Shown piece by piece: positions 15,162 to 24,197 of a stretch of 32,000 nt of DNA. The stretch is taken from contig NZ_CP032551.1 in the NCBI RefSeq assembly GCF_009734345.1, positions 780,001 to 812,000 on the forward strand. Reading direction: 5' to 3'. A program made the translations under genes and the position numbers. The notes beneath the pieces were generated by a model, which was not told the origin of the DNA, did not search any database, and saw nothing but the letters and a program-made list of their open reading frames with translations. The DNA is from Pseudidiomarina andamanensis. GTDB taxonomy: Bacteria; Pseudomonadota; Gammaproteobacteria; Enterobacterales; Alteromonadaceae. Position 1 is the first letter of the stretch, and the number at the start of each line of letters is the position of its first letter.

Positions 15162-17756
15162 TTACACCTCACCCGCTAAGAAATCTTGTGCGAAACGTTG
15201 TAGCACGCCACCAGCCGAATAGATTGACACTTCTTCGGCGGTATCCAAGCGACACTTGGTTGGTACTTTGACGGTTTCACCGTTGGCGCGATGAATCACC
15301 AATGTCATCTCTGTACCTGGCTTCACATCGCCTTCAACATCAAAGGTTTCCGTACCATCAATGTTCAAGGTTTTACGCGTGGTGCCCGCCTCAAATTCAA
15401 GCGGTAATACGCCCATACCAATCAGGTTGGTGCGATGAATACGCTCGAAGCCTTCGGCAACAATACATTCAACGCCAGCTAAGCGTACGCCTTTCGCAGC
15501 CCAATCACGTGACGAACCTTGGCCGTAATCAGCTCCCGCTACAATAATCAACGGTTGCTTGCGTTCCATGTAGGTTTCAATAGCTTCCCACATGCGCATC
15601 ACTTTGCCTTCTGGTTCAACACGAGCTAACGAACCTTGAATCACTTCCCCGTTATCATTCAACACCATTTCGTTGAACAGTTTCGGGTTAGCGAAGGTTG
15701 CACGCTGTGCCGTTAGGTGGTCACCGCGGTGTGTGGCATAACTGTTGAAATCTTCTTCAGGTAAGCCCATTTTCGCAAGGTATTCGCCAGCGGCGCTATC
15801 GGCCAGAATCGCATTCGATGGCGACAAGTGATCGGTAGTGATGTTGTCACCAAGCACCGCTAACGGGCGCAGATCTTTCAAGCTATTTGCGGAAGCAAAT
15901 GAGCCTTCCCAGTATGGCGGACGACGAATGTAAGTACTTTGCGGACGCCAGTTGTAAAGCGGATCGGTTTTTTCACCGTAATCCACATCAATGCTAAACA
16001 TTGGGTCATACACTGTGCGGAACTGCTCAGGTTTCACCGCTTGTTTCACAATCGCGTCTATCTCTTCATCACTTGGCCAGATGTCTTTTAAGGTGACTGG
16101 ATTACCTTCGTGATCAAAGCCCAGTACATCTTTTTCGATATCGAAGCGAATGGTACCCGCAATGGCATAAGCGACAACTAATGGTGGTGATGCCAAAAAT
16201 GCTTGCTTCGCATACGGATGAATACGACCATCGAAGTTACGGTTACCCGAAAGCACCGCCGTTGAGAATAAGTCACGCTCGATAATTTCTTTTTGAATTT
16301 TTGGATCTAACGCGCCACTCATGCCGTTACAGGTGGTACATGCGAAACCAACCACACCAAACCCTAAATTCTCAAGCTCCGGCAGTAAGTTTGCATCTTC
16401 AAGGTACATTTTTACCGTTTTCGAGCCCGGTGCCAACGAGGTTTTCACCCATGGCTTACGGGTTAAACCGAGTTTATTTGCGTTACGCGCAATCAAGCCT
16501 GCCGCAATCATGTTGCGCGGATTACTGGTATTGGTACAACTGGTAATCGCCGCGATGATCACCGCACCATCCGGCATGAGACCGTTCTCTGGTTGTTCAA
16601 TATGCTTCGCAATGCCACGCGAACTCAGTTCAGCAGCTGGCAATAACGCATGCGGATTTGAAGGCCCAGCTAAGTTGCGTTCAACTTTTGACAAATCAAA
16701 CGTCAACACGCGCTCATATTCAGCACCTTTCATGCTGTCAGCCCATAACCCTGTGTGCTTCGCGAATTTTTCCACCAACTCCACTTGCTTGTCGTCGCGA
16801 CCAGTGAGCTTCAAGTAATCTGTAGTTTGCGAGTCAATATAGAACATCGCCGCAGTTGCACCATATTCTGGTGTCATGTTTGAAATGGTTGCACGGTCAC
16901 CGACTGACAGGGCATCAGCGCCTTCCCCGTAAAATTCCAAATAAGCACCAACCACACGCTCTTTACGCAAGAAGTGTGTGATAGCAAGTACCAAGTCAGT
17001 TCCGGTGATACCTGGCTTCAACTTGCCAGTTAATTCAACACCGATAATATCTGGTAGGCGCATGTATGAAGCTCGACCTAGCATCACGCTTTCAGCTTCT
17101 AAGCCACCAACACCGACCGAGATAACACCTAATGCATCAACCATTGGGGTGTGACTGTCAGTACCTACACAGGTATCTGGGAATGCCACGTTGTCGCGTA
17201 CCTGCACCACCGGCGACATTTTCTCAAGGTTGATTTGGTGCATGATGCCGTTACCCGGCGGAATCACATCCACGTTTTTGAACGCAGTTTTTGTCCAATT
17301 GATGAAATGGAAACGGTCGTCGTTACGACGATCTTCTATGTCACGGTTTTTCTCAAAAGCGTCTTTCTCAAATCCCGCATGCTCAACTGCCAACGAGTGA
17401 TCGACAATTAGCTGTGTTGGAACGACTGGGTTTACTTTTGCCGGGTCGCCACCTTTGGCCGCAATGGCATCACGCAAGCCAGCCAAGTCAACTAACGCAG
17501 TTTGGCCAAGGATATCGTGGCAAACCACGCGCGCTGGATACCATGGAAAATCTAAGTCACGTTTGCGCTCAACAATTTGCGTTAAACAGGCTGTTAAATC
17601 TTCCGGATTACAGCGACGCACTAACTGTTCAGCTAAAATTTTTGAGGTGTATGGCAGGCCGTCATATGCGCCTGGCTTTATCGCTTCTACCGCGGCACGT
17701 GTATCGTAATACTGTAACGTGGTGCCCGGGAGCGGTTTACGAAATTCGGTATTCAT
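15162..17756 (-). CDS. acnD: Fe-S dependent 2-methylcitrate dehydratase (aconitase family AcnD)
   Basis: An 864-aa aconitase-family protein (Fe-S ligand cysteines in ITSCTNTSN and ACTTCNG). It lies between prpC and prpF, the defining AcnD context. Confidence 0.9.
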   Translation of the reverse strand: MNTEFRKPLPGTTLQYYDTRAAVEAIKPGAYDGLPYTSKILAEQLVRRCNPEDLTACLTQIVERKRDLDFPWYPARVVCHDILGQTALVDLAGLRDAIAAKGGDPAKVNPVVPTQLIVDHSLAVEHAGFEKDAFEKNRDIEDRRNDDRFHFINWTKTAFKNVDVIPPGNGIMHQINLEKMSPVVQVRDNVAFPDTCVGTDSHTPMVDALGVISVGVGGLEAESVMLGRASYMRLPDIIGVELTGKLKPGITGTDLVLAITHFLRKERVVGAYLEFYGEGADALSVGDRATISNMTPEYGATAAMFYIDSQTTDYLKLTGRDDKQVELVEKFAKHTGLWADSMKGAEYERVLTFDLSKVERNLAGPSNPHALLPAAELSSRGIAKHIEQPENGLMPDGAVIIAAITSCTNTSNPRNMIAAGLIARNANKLGLTRKPWVKTSLAPGSKTVKMYLEDANLLPELENLGFGVVGFACTTCNGMSGALDPKIQKEIIERDLFSTAVLSGNRNFDGRIHPYAKQAFLASPPLVVAYAIAGTIRFDIEKDVLGFDHEGNPVTLKDIWPSDEEIDAIVKQAVKPEQFRTVYDPMFSIDVDYGEKTDPLYNWRPQSTYIRRPPYWEGSFASANSLKDLRPLAVLGDNITTDHLSPSNAILADSAAGEYLAKMGLPEEDFNSYATHRGDHLTAQRATFANPKLFNEMVLNDNGEVIQGSLARVEPEGKVMRMWEAIETYMERKQPLIIVAGADYGQGSSRDWAAKGVRLAGVECIVAEGFERIHRTNLIGMGVLPLEFEAGTTRKTLNIDGTETFDVEGDVKPGTEMTLVIHRANGETVKVPTKCRLDTAEEVSIYSAGGVLQRFAQDFLAGEV

Positions 17757-17798
17757 GGCTATGCCCCTTCATTAACATCAGTGTTTCTATCGGAAAGC

Positions 17799-17823
17799 CA
17801 AAAAGAGGCACCGAAGTGCCTCT
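17799..17823 (-). terminator. Stable hairpin + T-run between prpC and acnD (intra-operon attenuator or mRNA stabiliser)
   Basis: The minus strand reads AGAGGCAC-TTCG-GTGCCTCT followed by TTTTTGG. It has an 8-bp GC-rich stem with a C(UUCG)G tetraloop. Confidence 0.5.
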
Positions 17824-17834
17824 CTTTCATCTGC

Positions 17835-18959
17835 TTAGCGGTCTTCCAAAGCAGGTACTGGACGCGGCGCTGGCCCCGTGTAATCCGCACTTGGGCGAAT
17901 GATACGGTTATTCGCGCGCTGCTCTTTCACGTGCGCAGTCCAACCTGTGACACGCGACATCACGAAAATTGGCGTGAATAACTTGGTCGGAATGCCCATG
18001 TAGTGATAAGCAGATGCATGGAAGAAGTCAGCGTTCGGGAATAATTTCTTCTCGCGCCACATCACTTCTTCACAACGCACAGAAACATCATACAAACGGC
18101 TGTCACCGAACTCTTGAGACAGCTTCTCAGACCATTCTTTGATGATATCGTTGCGTGGGTCAAACTCGCGGTAAATGGCATGACCGAAGCCCATGATCTT
18201 CTCTTTACGCTCAAGCATACCCATCAAAGTCTTCTCAGCATCGTCAGCGTCTTTCATGTTCTCAATCAGTTCCATCGCCGCTTCGTTTGCACCACCGTGC
18301 AATGGCCCACGCAATGAGCCAATCGCGCCGGTTACGCACGAGAAGATGTCTGATAAGGTTGACGCACAAACGCGTGCTGTAAAGGTTGATGCATTAAACT
18401 CGTGCTCTGCGTAGAGAATCAACGAGGTATTCATCACATCTGTATGTAGCTTCGATGGCGCTTTGTCGTGCAACAAATGCAAGAAATGCGCGCCAATTGA
18501 ATCATCGTCAGTTTGCGTTTCAATGCGCTTGCCTTCATGGCTAAAGCGATACCAGTACAGCAAAATACTTGGGAAAGCTGCCAACATGCGCTCAATTTTT
18601 GCGTCCGCTTGGCTGAAATCATCTTCTGGCTCAATGTTGCCCAAGAACGAACAACCGGTACGCATCACATCCATTGGGTGCGCATCAGCTGGAATGCGCT
18701 CAAGCACATCTTTTAATTCTTGTGGCAGGCCACGCTGCTTCTTCAGGCGCGCTTTATACTCAGCCAGTTGCTCTTTGGTTGGCAACTCGCCCTGTGACAG
18801 CAAGTAAGCCACTTCTTCGAAGCTCACTTTGTCCGCTAATTCTTTAATGTCATAACCGTAATAGGTTAAGCCTGAACCGCTTTTACCAACGGTACATAAT
18901 GCTGTTTCACCGGCTACTTGGCCGCGCAAACCCGCGCCTGTCAATTTCTTATCAACCAT
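17835..18959 (-). CDS. prpC: 2-methylcitrate synthase
   Basis: 374-aa citrate-synthase family protein (GFGHAIYR, catalytic His/Asp context) in the prp operon. Confidence 0.9.
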   Translation of the reverse strand: MVDKKLTGAGLRGQVAGETALCTVGKSGSGLTYYGYDIKELADKVSFEEVAYLLSQGELPTKEQLAEYKARLKKQRGLPQELKDVLERIPADAHPMDVMRTGCSFLGNIEPEDDFSQADAKIERMLAAFPSILLYWYRFSHEGKRIETQTDDDSIGAHFLHLLHDKAPSKLHTDVMNTSLILYAEHEFNASTFTARVCASTLSDIFSCVTGAIGSLRGPLHGGANEAAMELIENMKDADDAEKTLMGMLERKEKIMGFGHAIYREFDPRNDIIKEWSEKLSQEFGDSRLYDVSVRCEEVMWREKKLFPNADFFHASAYHYMGIPTKLFTPIFVMSRVTGWTAHVKEQRANNRIIRPSADYTGPAPRPVPALEDR

Positions 18960-18978
18960 CTCTAACTCCTTATATAAA

Positions 18979-19052
18979 CCGTTAATCGTTAGTCGTTACT
19001 CGTTATTCGTGGTTATCTTTTTCGATTAACCAATAACGAATAACGAACAACG
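18979..19052. repeat. CGTTANT heptad-repeat element forming a long imperfect hairpin (prpB-prpC intergenic)
   Basis: The left arm is CGTTAAT CGTTAGT CGTTACT CGTTATT CGTGGTTATC. The right arm is GATTAACC AATAACG AATAACG AACAACG. A T-run follows on the plus strand (19053-19066). Confidence 0.65.
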
Positions 19053-19056
19053 TTTT

Positions 19057-19935
19057 TTATTTTTTGAATAACTGATCGAGTTTGTCTTCAAATGCGTGAT
19101 AGTTCAGGAAGTCATACAACTCCGCACGCGTCTGCATGTTATCGACAACATCTTTCTGATGACCGTTCGCCAAAATGCTCTCATAAACGTTGAGTGCCGC
19201 CTTGTTCATGGCGCGGAAGGCGCTTAACGGATATAACACGAGCTCAATACCAACTTCGGCTAACTCGTCTTTGCTGAATAATGGCGTTGCACCGAATTCG
19301 GTGATATTTGCAAGTACTGGCACATTTAATGCCTTGGTGAACGCTTGATAGTGTTCTAGAGTATGAACCGCTTCAGCAAAGATAGCGTCAGCACCAGCTT
19401 CAACACAGGCTTGTGCACGCTCAATAGCGGCATCCAACCCTTCTTGCTGGAACGCGTCGGTGCGCGCCATAATGAAAAACTGATCATCAATACGTGCATC
19501 CACGGCTGCTTTCACGCGATCAACCATTTCGGCTTGCGATACAATTTCTTTGTTCGGGCGATGACCACAACGCTTCTGAGCGACTTGGTCTTCAATATGG
19601 AAGCCTGCAGCGCCAGCGCGCGTCATTTCTTTAACGGTACGGGCAATGTTGAATGCTCCGCCCCAACCGGTATCCGCGTCCACTAACAATGGCACATCAG
19701 TCGCGCCAGTAATGCGACGAATATCTTCACATACATCATTTAACGAGGTCATGCCTAAATCAGGCAAACCAAACGACGCGTTGGCAACACCGGCACCTGA
19801 CAAGTATAGCGCTTGGTGCCCTACACGCTCAGCCATCATTGCCGTATAAGCGTTAATGGTGCCGACAATTTGCAGTGGCTTATTGTCAGCAATAGCTTTG
19901 CGGAATTTTGCACCCGCACTGTGAACTTGTGTCAT
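19057..19935 (-). CDS. prpB: 2-methylisocitrate lyase
   Basis: 292-aa PEP-mutase/isocitrate-lyase superfamily protein (KRCGH motif: [15 protein letters not shown]) in the prp operon. Confidence 0.9.
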   Translation of the reverse strand: MTQVHSAGAKFRKAIADNKPLQIVGTINAYTAMMAERVGHQALYLSGAGVANASFGLPDLGMTSLNDVCEDIRRITGATDVPLLVDADTGWGGAFNIARTVKEMTRAGAAGFHIEDQVAQKRCGHRPNKEIVSQAEMVDRVKAAVDARIDDQFFIMARTDAFQQEGLDAAIERAQACVEAGADAIFAEAVHTLEHYQAFTKALNVPVLANITEFGATPLFSKDELAEVGIELVLYPLSAFRAMNKAALNVYESILANGHQKDVVDNMQTRAELYDFLNYHAFEDKLDQLFKK

Positions 19936-19936
19936 G

Positions 19937-20638
19937 TTACTTCCCCAATTGTTGCAGTTTTAATTCGATATTACCGCGTGATGCGGCAATGTGGCGGCGC
20001 ATCAAAAGATCCGCCAATTCGCCATCGCGATTCGCAATAGCATTAATAATCGCTTTGTGTTCATCAAATGCGCGCGACACACGCGGCCCATTCATACCAA
20101 GCTGAACACGGTACATGCGTACGAGAAAATAAAGCTCATCGCACAGCATATTAATCAAATATGGGTTTTTACTACCTATGATAATTCGATAATGAAAGTC
20201 TAAATCACCAGCTTCTTGATAATAGCTTTCGCCTTCACGCACACGCTGAGAGTTTAAATGTTGGTCTAGCAGGCCACGTAGCTGTTCAATTTCCTGCTCA
20301 TCCATATTCTCTGCGGCAAGCCGGCAGGCTAATCCTTCAAGCTCTTCACGAATTTGATAAAGTGCACGAAGCCCCTCGGTTGACAACTTCACGACCCGTG
20401 CGCCAGCATTCGGTATTCGCTCAATGAGATGGCAGCGCTCAAGACGCGCCATGGCTTCGCGCAGCGGCGCTCGACTAACGTTGAATTTACGTGCCAGTTC
20501 AGGTTCGCTAATCTTACTCCCAGATGCTATTTCACCCTCCACTATCGTCCGCTGCATCTCTAGCAGCAGTCGATCAGATGAAGTGACGGGAGACCGCCAT
20601 AATGGGCTTTGAGGTGAATTAGTCATGATTGTCGACAT
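19937..20638 (-). CDS. GntR-family (FadR/FCD subfamily) transcriptional regulator of the methylcitrate operon
   Basis: N-terminal wHTH ([25 protein letters not shown]) plus a C-terminal FCD-like helical domain. Its stop lies 1 nt from the prpB start. Start at 20638 or 20626. Confidence 0.85.
   Translation of the reverse strand: MSTIMTNSPQSPLWRSPVTSSDRLLLEMQRTIVEGEIASGSKISEPELARKFNVSRAPLREAMARLERCHLIERIPNAGARVVKLSTEGLRALYQIREELEGLACRLAAENMDEQEIEQLRGLLDQHLNSQRVREGESYYQEAGDLDFHYRIIIGSKNPYLINMLCDELYFLVRMYRVQLGMNGPRVSRAFDEHKAIINAIANRDGELADLLMRRHIAASRGNIELKLQQLGK
20628..20638. promoter_or_regulatory. Putative GntR operator 2 (ATTGTCGACAT) overlapping the regulator start codon
   Basis: Palindromic core TGTCGACA. 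This is the second copy of the motif found at 20701-20712. Confidence 0.45.
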
Positions 20639-20656
20639 ATTTTGTGAATTAATCGA

Positions 20657-20685
20657 ATTGTACGCTCATTTTGATTCAATTCCAA
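20657..20685 (-). promoter_or_regulatory. Putative sigma70 promoter of the prp operon
   Basis: Minus strand TTGGAA (20685->20680), a 17-nt spacer, then TACAAT (20662->20657). It is flanked by the two TGTCGACA palindromes. Confidence 0.4.
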
Positions 20686-20700
20686 GTATACCCATCATTC

Positions 20701-20712
20701 ATTGTCGACAAT
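20701..20712. promoter_or_regulatory. Putative GntR operator 1 (perfect palindrome ATTGTCGACAAT)
   Basis: A 12-bp perfect palindrome of the GT-N-AC type bound by GntR/FadR regulators. It lies 15 bp upstream of the -35 element. Confidence 0.5.
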
Positions 20713-20808
20713 TTATTTATTTAAACTGTCTACGGAATTTTCCCGTACTATGTTGATATACCAGGTCAACCTCACGAAAAACTACAATAAAAGAGCACCG
20801 ACAATTTT

Positions 20809-21307
20809 ATGGAACTATTTTTCGACTTAGGACAAGCTACTCAGCCTCTAATAATCGGGCATCTTAACTGGCCGTTGGTACTGTTATCTTATGCAATCGC
20901 TCTGCTCGGTGCTTACACCTCACTGTTAACGCTGACTCGAGCCAGCTCCTACAAGCAACCTCGGTTTCGCCACATTTGGTTGGGGGTGAGTGCCGTAATA
21001 GCTGGTCTGGCGGTGTGGAGCATGCATTTTATTGGCATGTTGGCGTTCGAAATACCCCCTCAGATTTCACACCAAGTTGGCTTAACGCTAATCTCTGTCA
21101 TACCTGCAATTCTTGCGAATTGGTTTGCCCTAAAAACACAAGTGGCTCACAAAGCGCCTTTATGCACAAGCAAAGTCACAGAAAGAAGCGCGTTCAATCA
21201 TACACAACCTTGCTACGCGCGACAGCTTAACTGGCTTGGCGAATCGCCAAATGCTGATTGAACATTTAGAGAAGATAAATAACGCAACACATGCACTAGC
21301 GATCTAG
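20809..21307 (+). pseudogene. Remnant of an MHYT-GGDEF-EAL signalling gene (truncated MHYT domain, frameshift, GGDEF core deleted)
   Basis: Frame 1 encodes 3 TM helices with WSMHFIGML (MHYT motif) and then degenerates. Frame 2 from 21134 reads KRLYAQAKSQKEARSIIHNLATRDSLTGLANRQMLIEHLEKINNATHALAI*. That is a linker plus only the first ~25 aa of a GGDEF domain, with its stop at 21305-21307. Confidence 0.6.
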
Positions 21308-21308
21308 C

Positions 21309-22103
21309 ATGGCGGAACAAGCCAAACAGCGCGCGAAACTTGAGAAAGATTTACGCAGTGCCTTATCAAAGAATGAACTGCAATTATTTTTGCAACCGCA
21401 AGTGGATATCGATGCGCAAGTGGTTGGTGCGGAAGCTTTACTGCGCTGGTATCACCCAGAACAAGGATGGATTTCACCGGCAGAATTCATTCCTATTGCC
21501 GAAGAGTCTGGACTCATTATTGAAATTGGCGACTGGATTATCGAACAGTCCTGCGAAATTTTGAGGAGCTGGAGTCTTGGCGCTGATACGGCATCACTAA
21601 CGCTTGCAATCAACGTGAGTGGTCGACAATTTCAGCAACCTGACTTTGTCGACAAACTTTGCAATGCAATACAGCGTTATGGCATCAATGCACAGAATCT
21701 AAAGCTTGAAATAACCGAGAGCCTCATGCTGCACGATATTGAAATTGTGGCTACGAAAATGCACGAGCTCACTGAAGTTGGTGTGCAGTTCGCCATTGAC
21801 GATTTCGGTACGGGATACTCTTCTCTTTTGTATCTAGCTGAATTGCCGTTTGAAACGTTGAAGATAGACGTTCAGTTCGTGCGCGAAATGTTACATCAGA
21901 AGTCAACGGCATCGATTGTTCAAGCAATCATTCAATTGGCTAAGAGTTTAAATCTTTCGGTAATTGCCGAAGGTGTTGAAGAGCCGGAGCAGCGTCAGTT
22001 TTTGATGCAGTTAGGATGCCATACCTACCAAGGTTATTTATTCGGACGCCCTGTGGCTGTTGATGAATTCAACCAAACCATACGAGTTATTAAAACACCG
22101 TAA
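21309..22103 (+). CDS. EAL-domain c-di-GMP phosphodiesterase (surviving 3' part of the decayed gene; possibly expressed alone)
   Basis: 264 aa with all EAL catalytic motifs present: QPQVD, EALLRW, INVS, EITES, DDFGTGYSSL, KIDVQF, AEGVE, YQGYLFGRP. No convincing SD lies before ATG 21309. Confidence 0.6.
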   Translation: MAEQAKQRAKLEKDLRSALSKNELQLFLQPQVDIDAQVVGAEALLRWYHPEQGWISPAEFIPIAEESGLIIEIGDWIIEQSCEILRSWSLGADTASLTLAINVSGRQFQQPDFVDKLCNAIQRYGINAQNLKLEITESLMLHDIEIVATKMHELTEVGVQFAIDDFGTGYSSLLYLAELPFETLKIDVQFVREMLHQKSTASIVQAIIQLAKSLNLSVIAEGVEEPEQRQFLMQLGCHTYQGYLFGRPVAVDEFNQTIRVIKTP

Positions 22104-22404
22104 CTTTTAATTGGTGCTGTTTATCGTACTGCACCATGTACCCCACCGAACGCATCACATCAGTACTGGTATAGGCATCGTTTAACTCTAACTTTGCCGA
22201 ACACAAGACTTCGCCTGTTGCAAAATTTGTTCGTAGTGTGTTGATTCCAATAAGCTTGATCTCAACATGGCTAGGTAGTTGCGTAGCTATAGATTGACGC
22301 ACTTCACGCTTGGCTTGCGCAGCATCACATGAAGGGCTCAGCTCGCTACAGCTTATCAAAAAACAACAACTAACACTGATGATCACAAAATAAATTGTGC
22401 GCAA
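22090..22404 (-). CDS. Small lipoprotein, function unknown
   Basis: 104 aa with a signal peptide and lipobox FLISC. Its 3' end overlaps the EAL gene by 14 nt (convergent). Confidence 0.55.
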   Translation of the reverse strand: MRTIYFVIISVSCCFLISCSELSPSCDAAQAKREVRQSIATQLPSHVEIKLIGINTLRTNFATGEVLCSAKLELNDAYTSTDVMRSVGYMVQYDKQHQLKVTVF

Positions 22405-22506
22405 GCTTACTCCTCACACCACAGCTTGGATAAAAGGAATCCTTTCCTGACCACCTATCCCTGAAGTATCTACCGGGAGATAGATAACATTTTATAAACA
22501 CTTTAA

Positions 22507-22527
22507 TATGTAAATTGACTTTACATA
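22507..22527. promoter_or_regulatory. Perfect inverted repeat TATGTAAA-TTGAC-TTTACATA
   Basis: 8-bp arms seen directly, located between the MscS stop and the lipoprotein gene start. It may be an operator or a weak AT-rich hairpin. Confidence 0.3.
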
Positions 22528-22600
22528 GATTAGAAAGCTCTGGAGCGAAAGGCAATATAACATTCGCTAGTAAGCGTGTTTTATCTGATGAAATTAAAGG

Positions 22601-23485
22601 TTACTGTTCAGTCAATTCAGATTTGGTTTGCTTGGTAATCGGCGTGAAGTCATTGTGCTGGAACACGTCGTTAAGTATCGATTGCTCCATAAAACTCCGC
22701 ATTCCTGATTTACATGGAAAACGGACAATCAGATGAATTTCCCCGGCGGCCGGTACCGAGATTGTTACCCGAGGGTCAGCAGATGGAACGTCGATACCAC
22801 GGTGGTCACTCATGCGCTGCATGTAACGGCGCGCTTGTTCGACGTAATCGGCACAGTGCCGGTTCGCTGACTCTAATAACGCTGATTGCGCTGCGTGCCA
22901 GTTGTCTTCTCGTTTAAACGGTACGGTAAACACATGAAGTACAAAGTCGTGTGTATAGCTTTCATTCACAACTGGTTCAGACACAAATAACGAGTTTGGA
23001 ATGGCGATCATGCGACCAGTACGTTGGTGAGAAAACTTCCCGGGTCCTACCTCTAAAATTGTGGTGGTTAAAAGATTTTGGTCTATCACATCACCACGGA
23101 AGTCCTTAATTTGAATACGGTCACCAATACTAAACGCACTGCCGCCAGATTTAACTAAGCTGCCAGTTAAACACATGATGAGTTCTTTAGTTGCAACCAC
23201 AAATGCTACGGCAATCGCTACAATACCTAACGCTAATGTGCGTAGCTCTTCAGCCCAAATCAGCATTAACCCGACGACCATCAACAACAGCAACACATTG
23301 CGTGTTTGCACAAACCAACGACGGCGTAAATCAGTGGAGCGAACGCTCTTGCGGATAAATTTTGACAAAATGGCGCGGATAATCACAATCGCAGTCACAA
23401 GAATTAGTGTCGCGATAACGGGACGTAGTAATTGCTCCGAAAATTGAAACTCATTAAACAAATTTGTCAGTGTATCCGTATACAT
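22601..23485 (-). CDS. Mechanosensitive ion channel, MscS family (small variant)
   Basis: 294 aa with 3 N-terminal TM helices followed by the MscS beta-domain signature FSIGDRIQIKDFRGDVIDQNLLTTTILE. Confidence 0.8.
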   Translation of the reverse strand: MYTDTLTNLFNEFQFSEQLLRPVIATLILVTAIVIIRAILSKFIRKSVRSTDLRRRWFVQTRNVLLLLMVVGLMLIWAEELRTLALGIVAIAVAFVVATKELIMCLTGSLVKSGGSAFSIGDRIQIKDFRGDVIDQNLLTTTILEVGPGKFSHQRTGRMIAIPNSLFVSEPVVNESYTHDFVLHVFTVPFKREDNWHAAQSALLESANRHCADYVEQARRYMQRMSDHRGIDVPSADPRVTISVPAAGEIHLIVRFPCKSGMRSFMEQSILNDVFQHNDFTPITKQTKSELTEQ

Positions 23486-23612
23486 GATTGGCCTAGCAGG
23501 TTTTGATTTTTATGACGATTATCTTACACCAGTTTGGTAAATATTCCGTCAGTCTCTCGAGTAAAAATGACGTATATGCTATCTTTTATAGCTCAACAAG
23601 AGGAGTAACTGT

Positions 23613-24197
23613 ATGTCTATTAAAAATTTTTTGTTAACCGGGCTTTGTTCGGTGGCATTCTTCACCGTCAGTGCACAGGCGGATACTTGGCAACTCGATA
23701 GCGAGAACTCAGTACTCAATTTTGTTTCGGTAAAGAATAACCATATCGCTGAAATTCATCGCTTTACCGAATTGCAAGGAACTTGGGAAGACAACCAGGT
23801 AAACATTGAAATTCCAGTAGTGAGCTTGGATACTCAAATTCCAATTCGTAACGAGCGGATGCTTGAGCACCTATTTCAGTCAACTGAATATTCTGTTGCT
23901 ACCGCTACAGCGAAATTAGAGGACGACGTATTATTAGCAATGCCCGTCGGCGAGACTATTCCGTTAGTTGTTGAAACTCAGGTTTATATTGCTGGTGAGT
24001 CAGAGAGCGTCAGTAGTTATTTGCAGGTCACTCGTTTGACAGAAGATCGTTTCTTGGCAACCACGACTCAACCTATCATCATTGATACGAAAGCTTTCAA
24101 GCTTGTTGCTGGCATCGATAAACTTCGTGAAATTGCCGGTCTTTCACGTATTGACTACAGCGTACCAGTAACGTTTAGCGTGCAGTTTACACGTTAA
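23613..24197 (+). CDS. YceI-like periplasmic (polyisoprenoid-binding) protein
   Basis: A signal peptide ending AQA, then TWQLDSENSVLNFVSVK, typical of the YceI domain start. Confidence 0.7.
   Translation: MSIKNFLLTGLCSVAFFTVSAQADTWQLDSENSVLNFVSVKNNHIAEIHRFTELQGTWEDNQVNIEIPVVSLDTQIPIRNERMLEHLFQSTEYSVATATAKLEDDVLLAMPVGETIPLVVETQVYIAGESESVSSYLQVTRLTEDRFLATTTQPIIIDTKAFKLVAGIDKLREIAGLSRIDYSVPVTFSVQFTR

Noticed and set aside
15302-17981. Multiple plus-strand ORFs (66-165 aa) within acnD and the prpC 3' end
   Set aside because: All are antisense to an 864-aa aconitase-family gene or to prpC and show no recognisable motifs. They are shadow ORFs.
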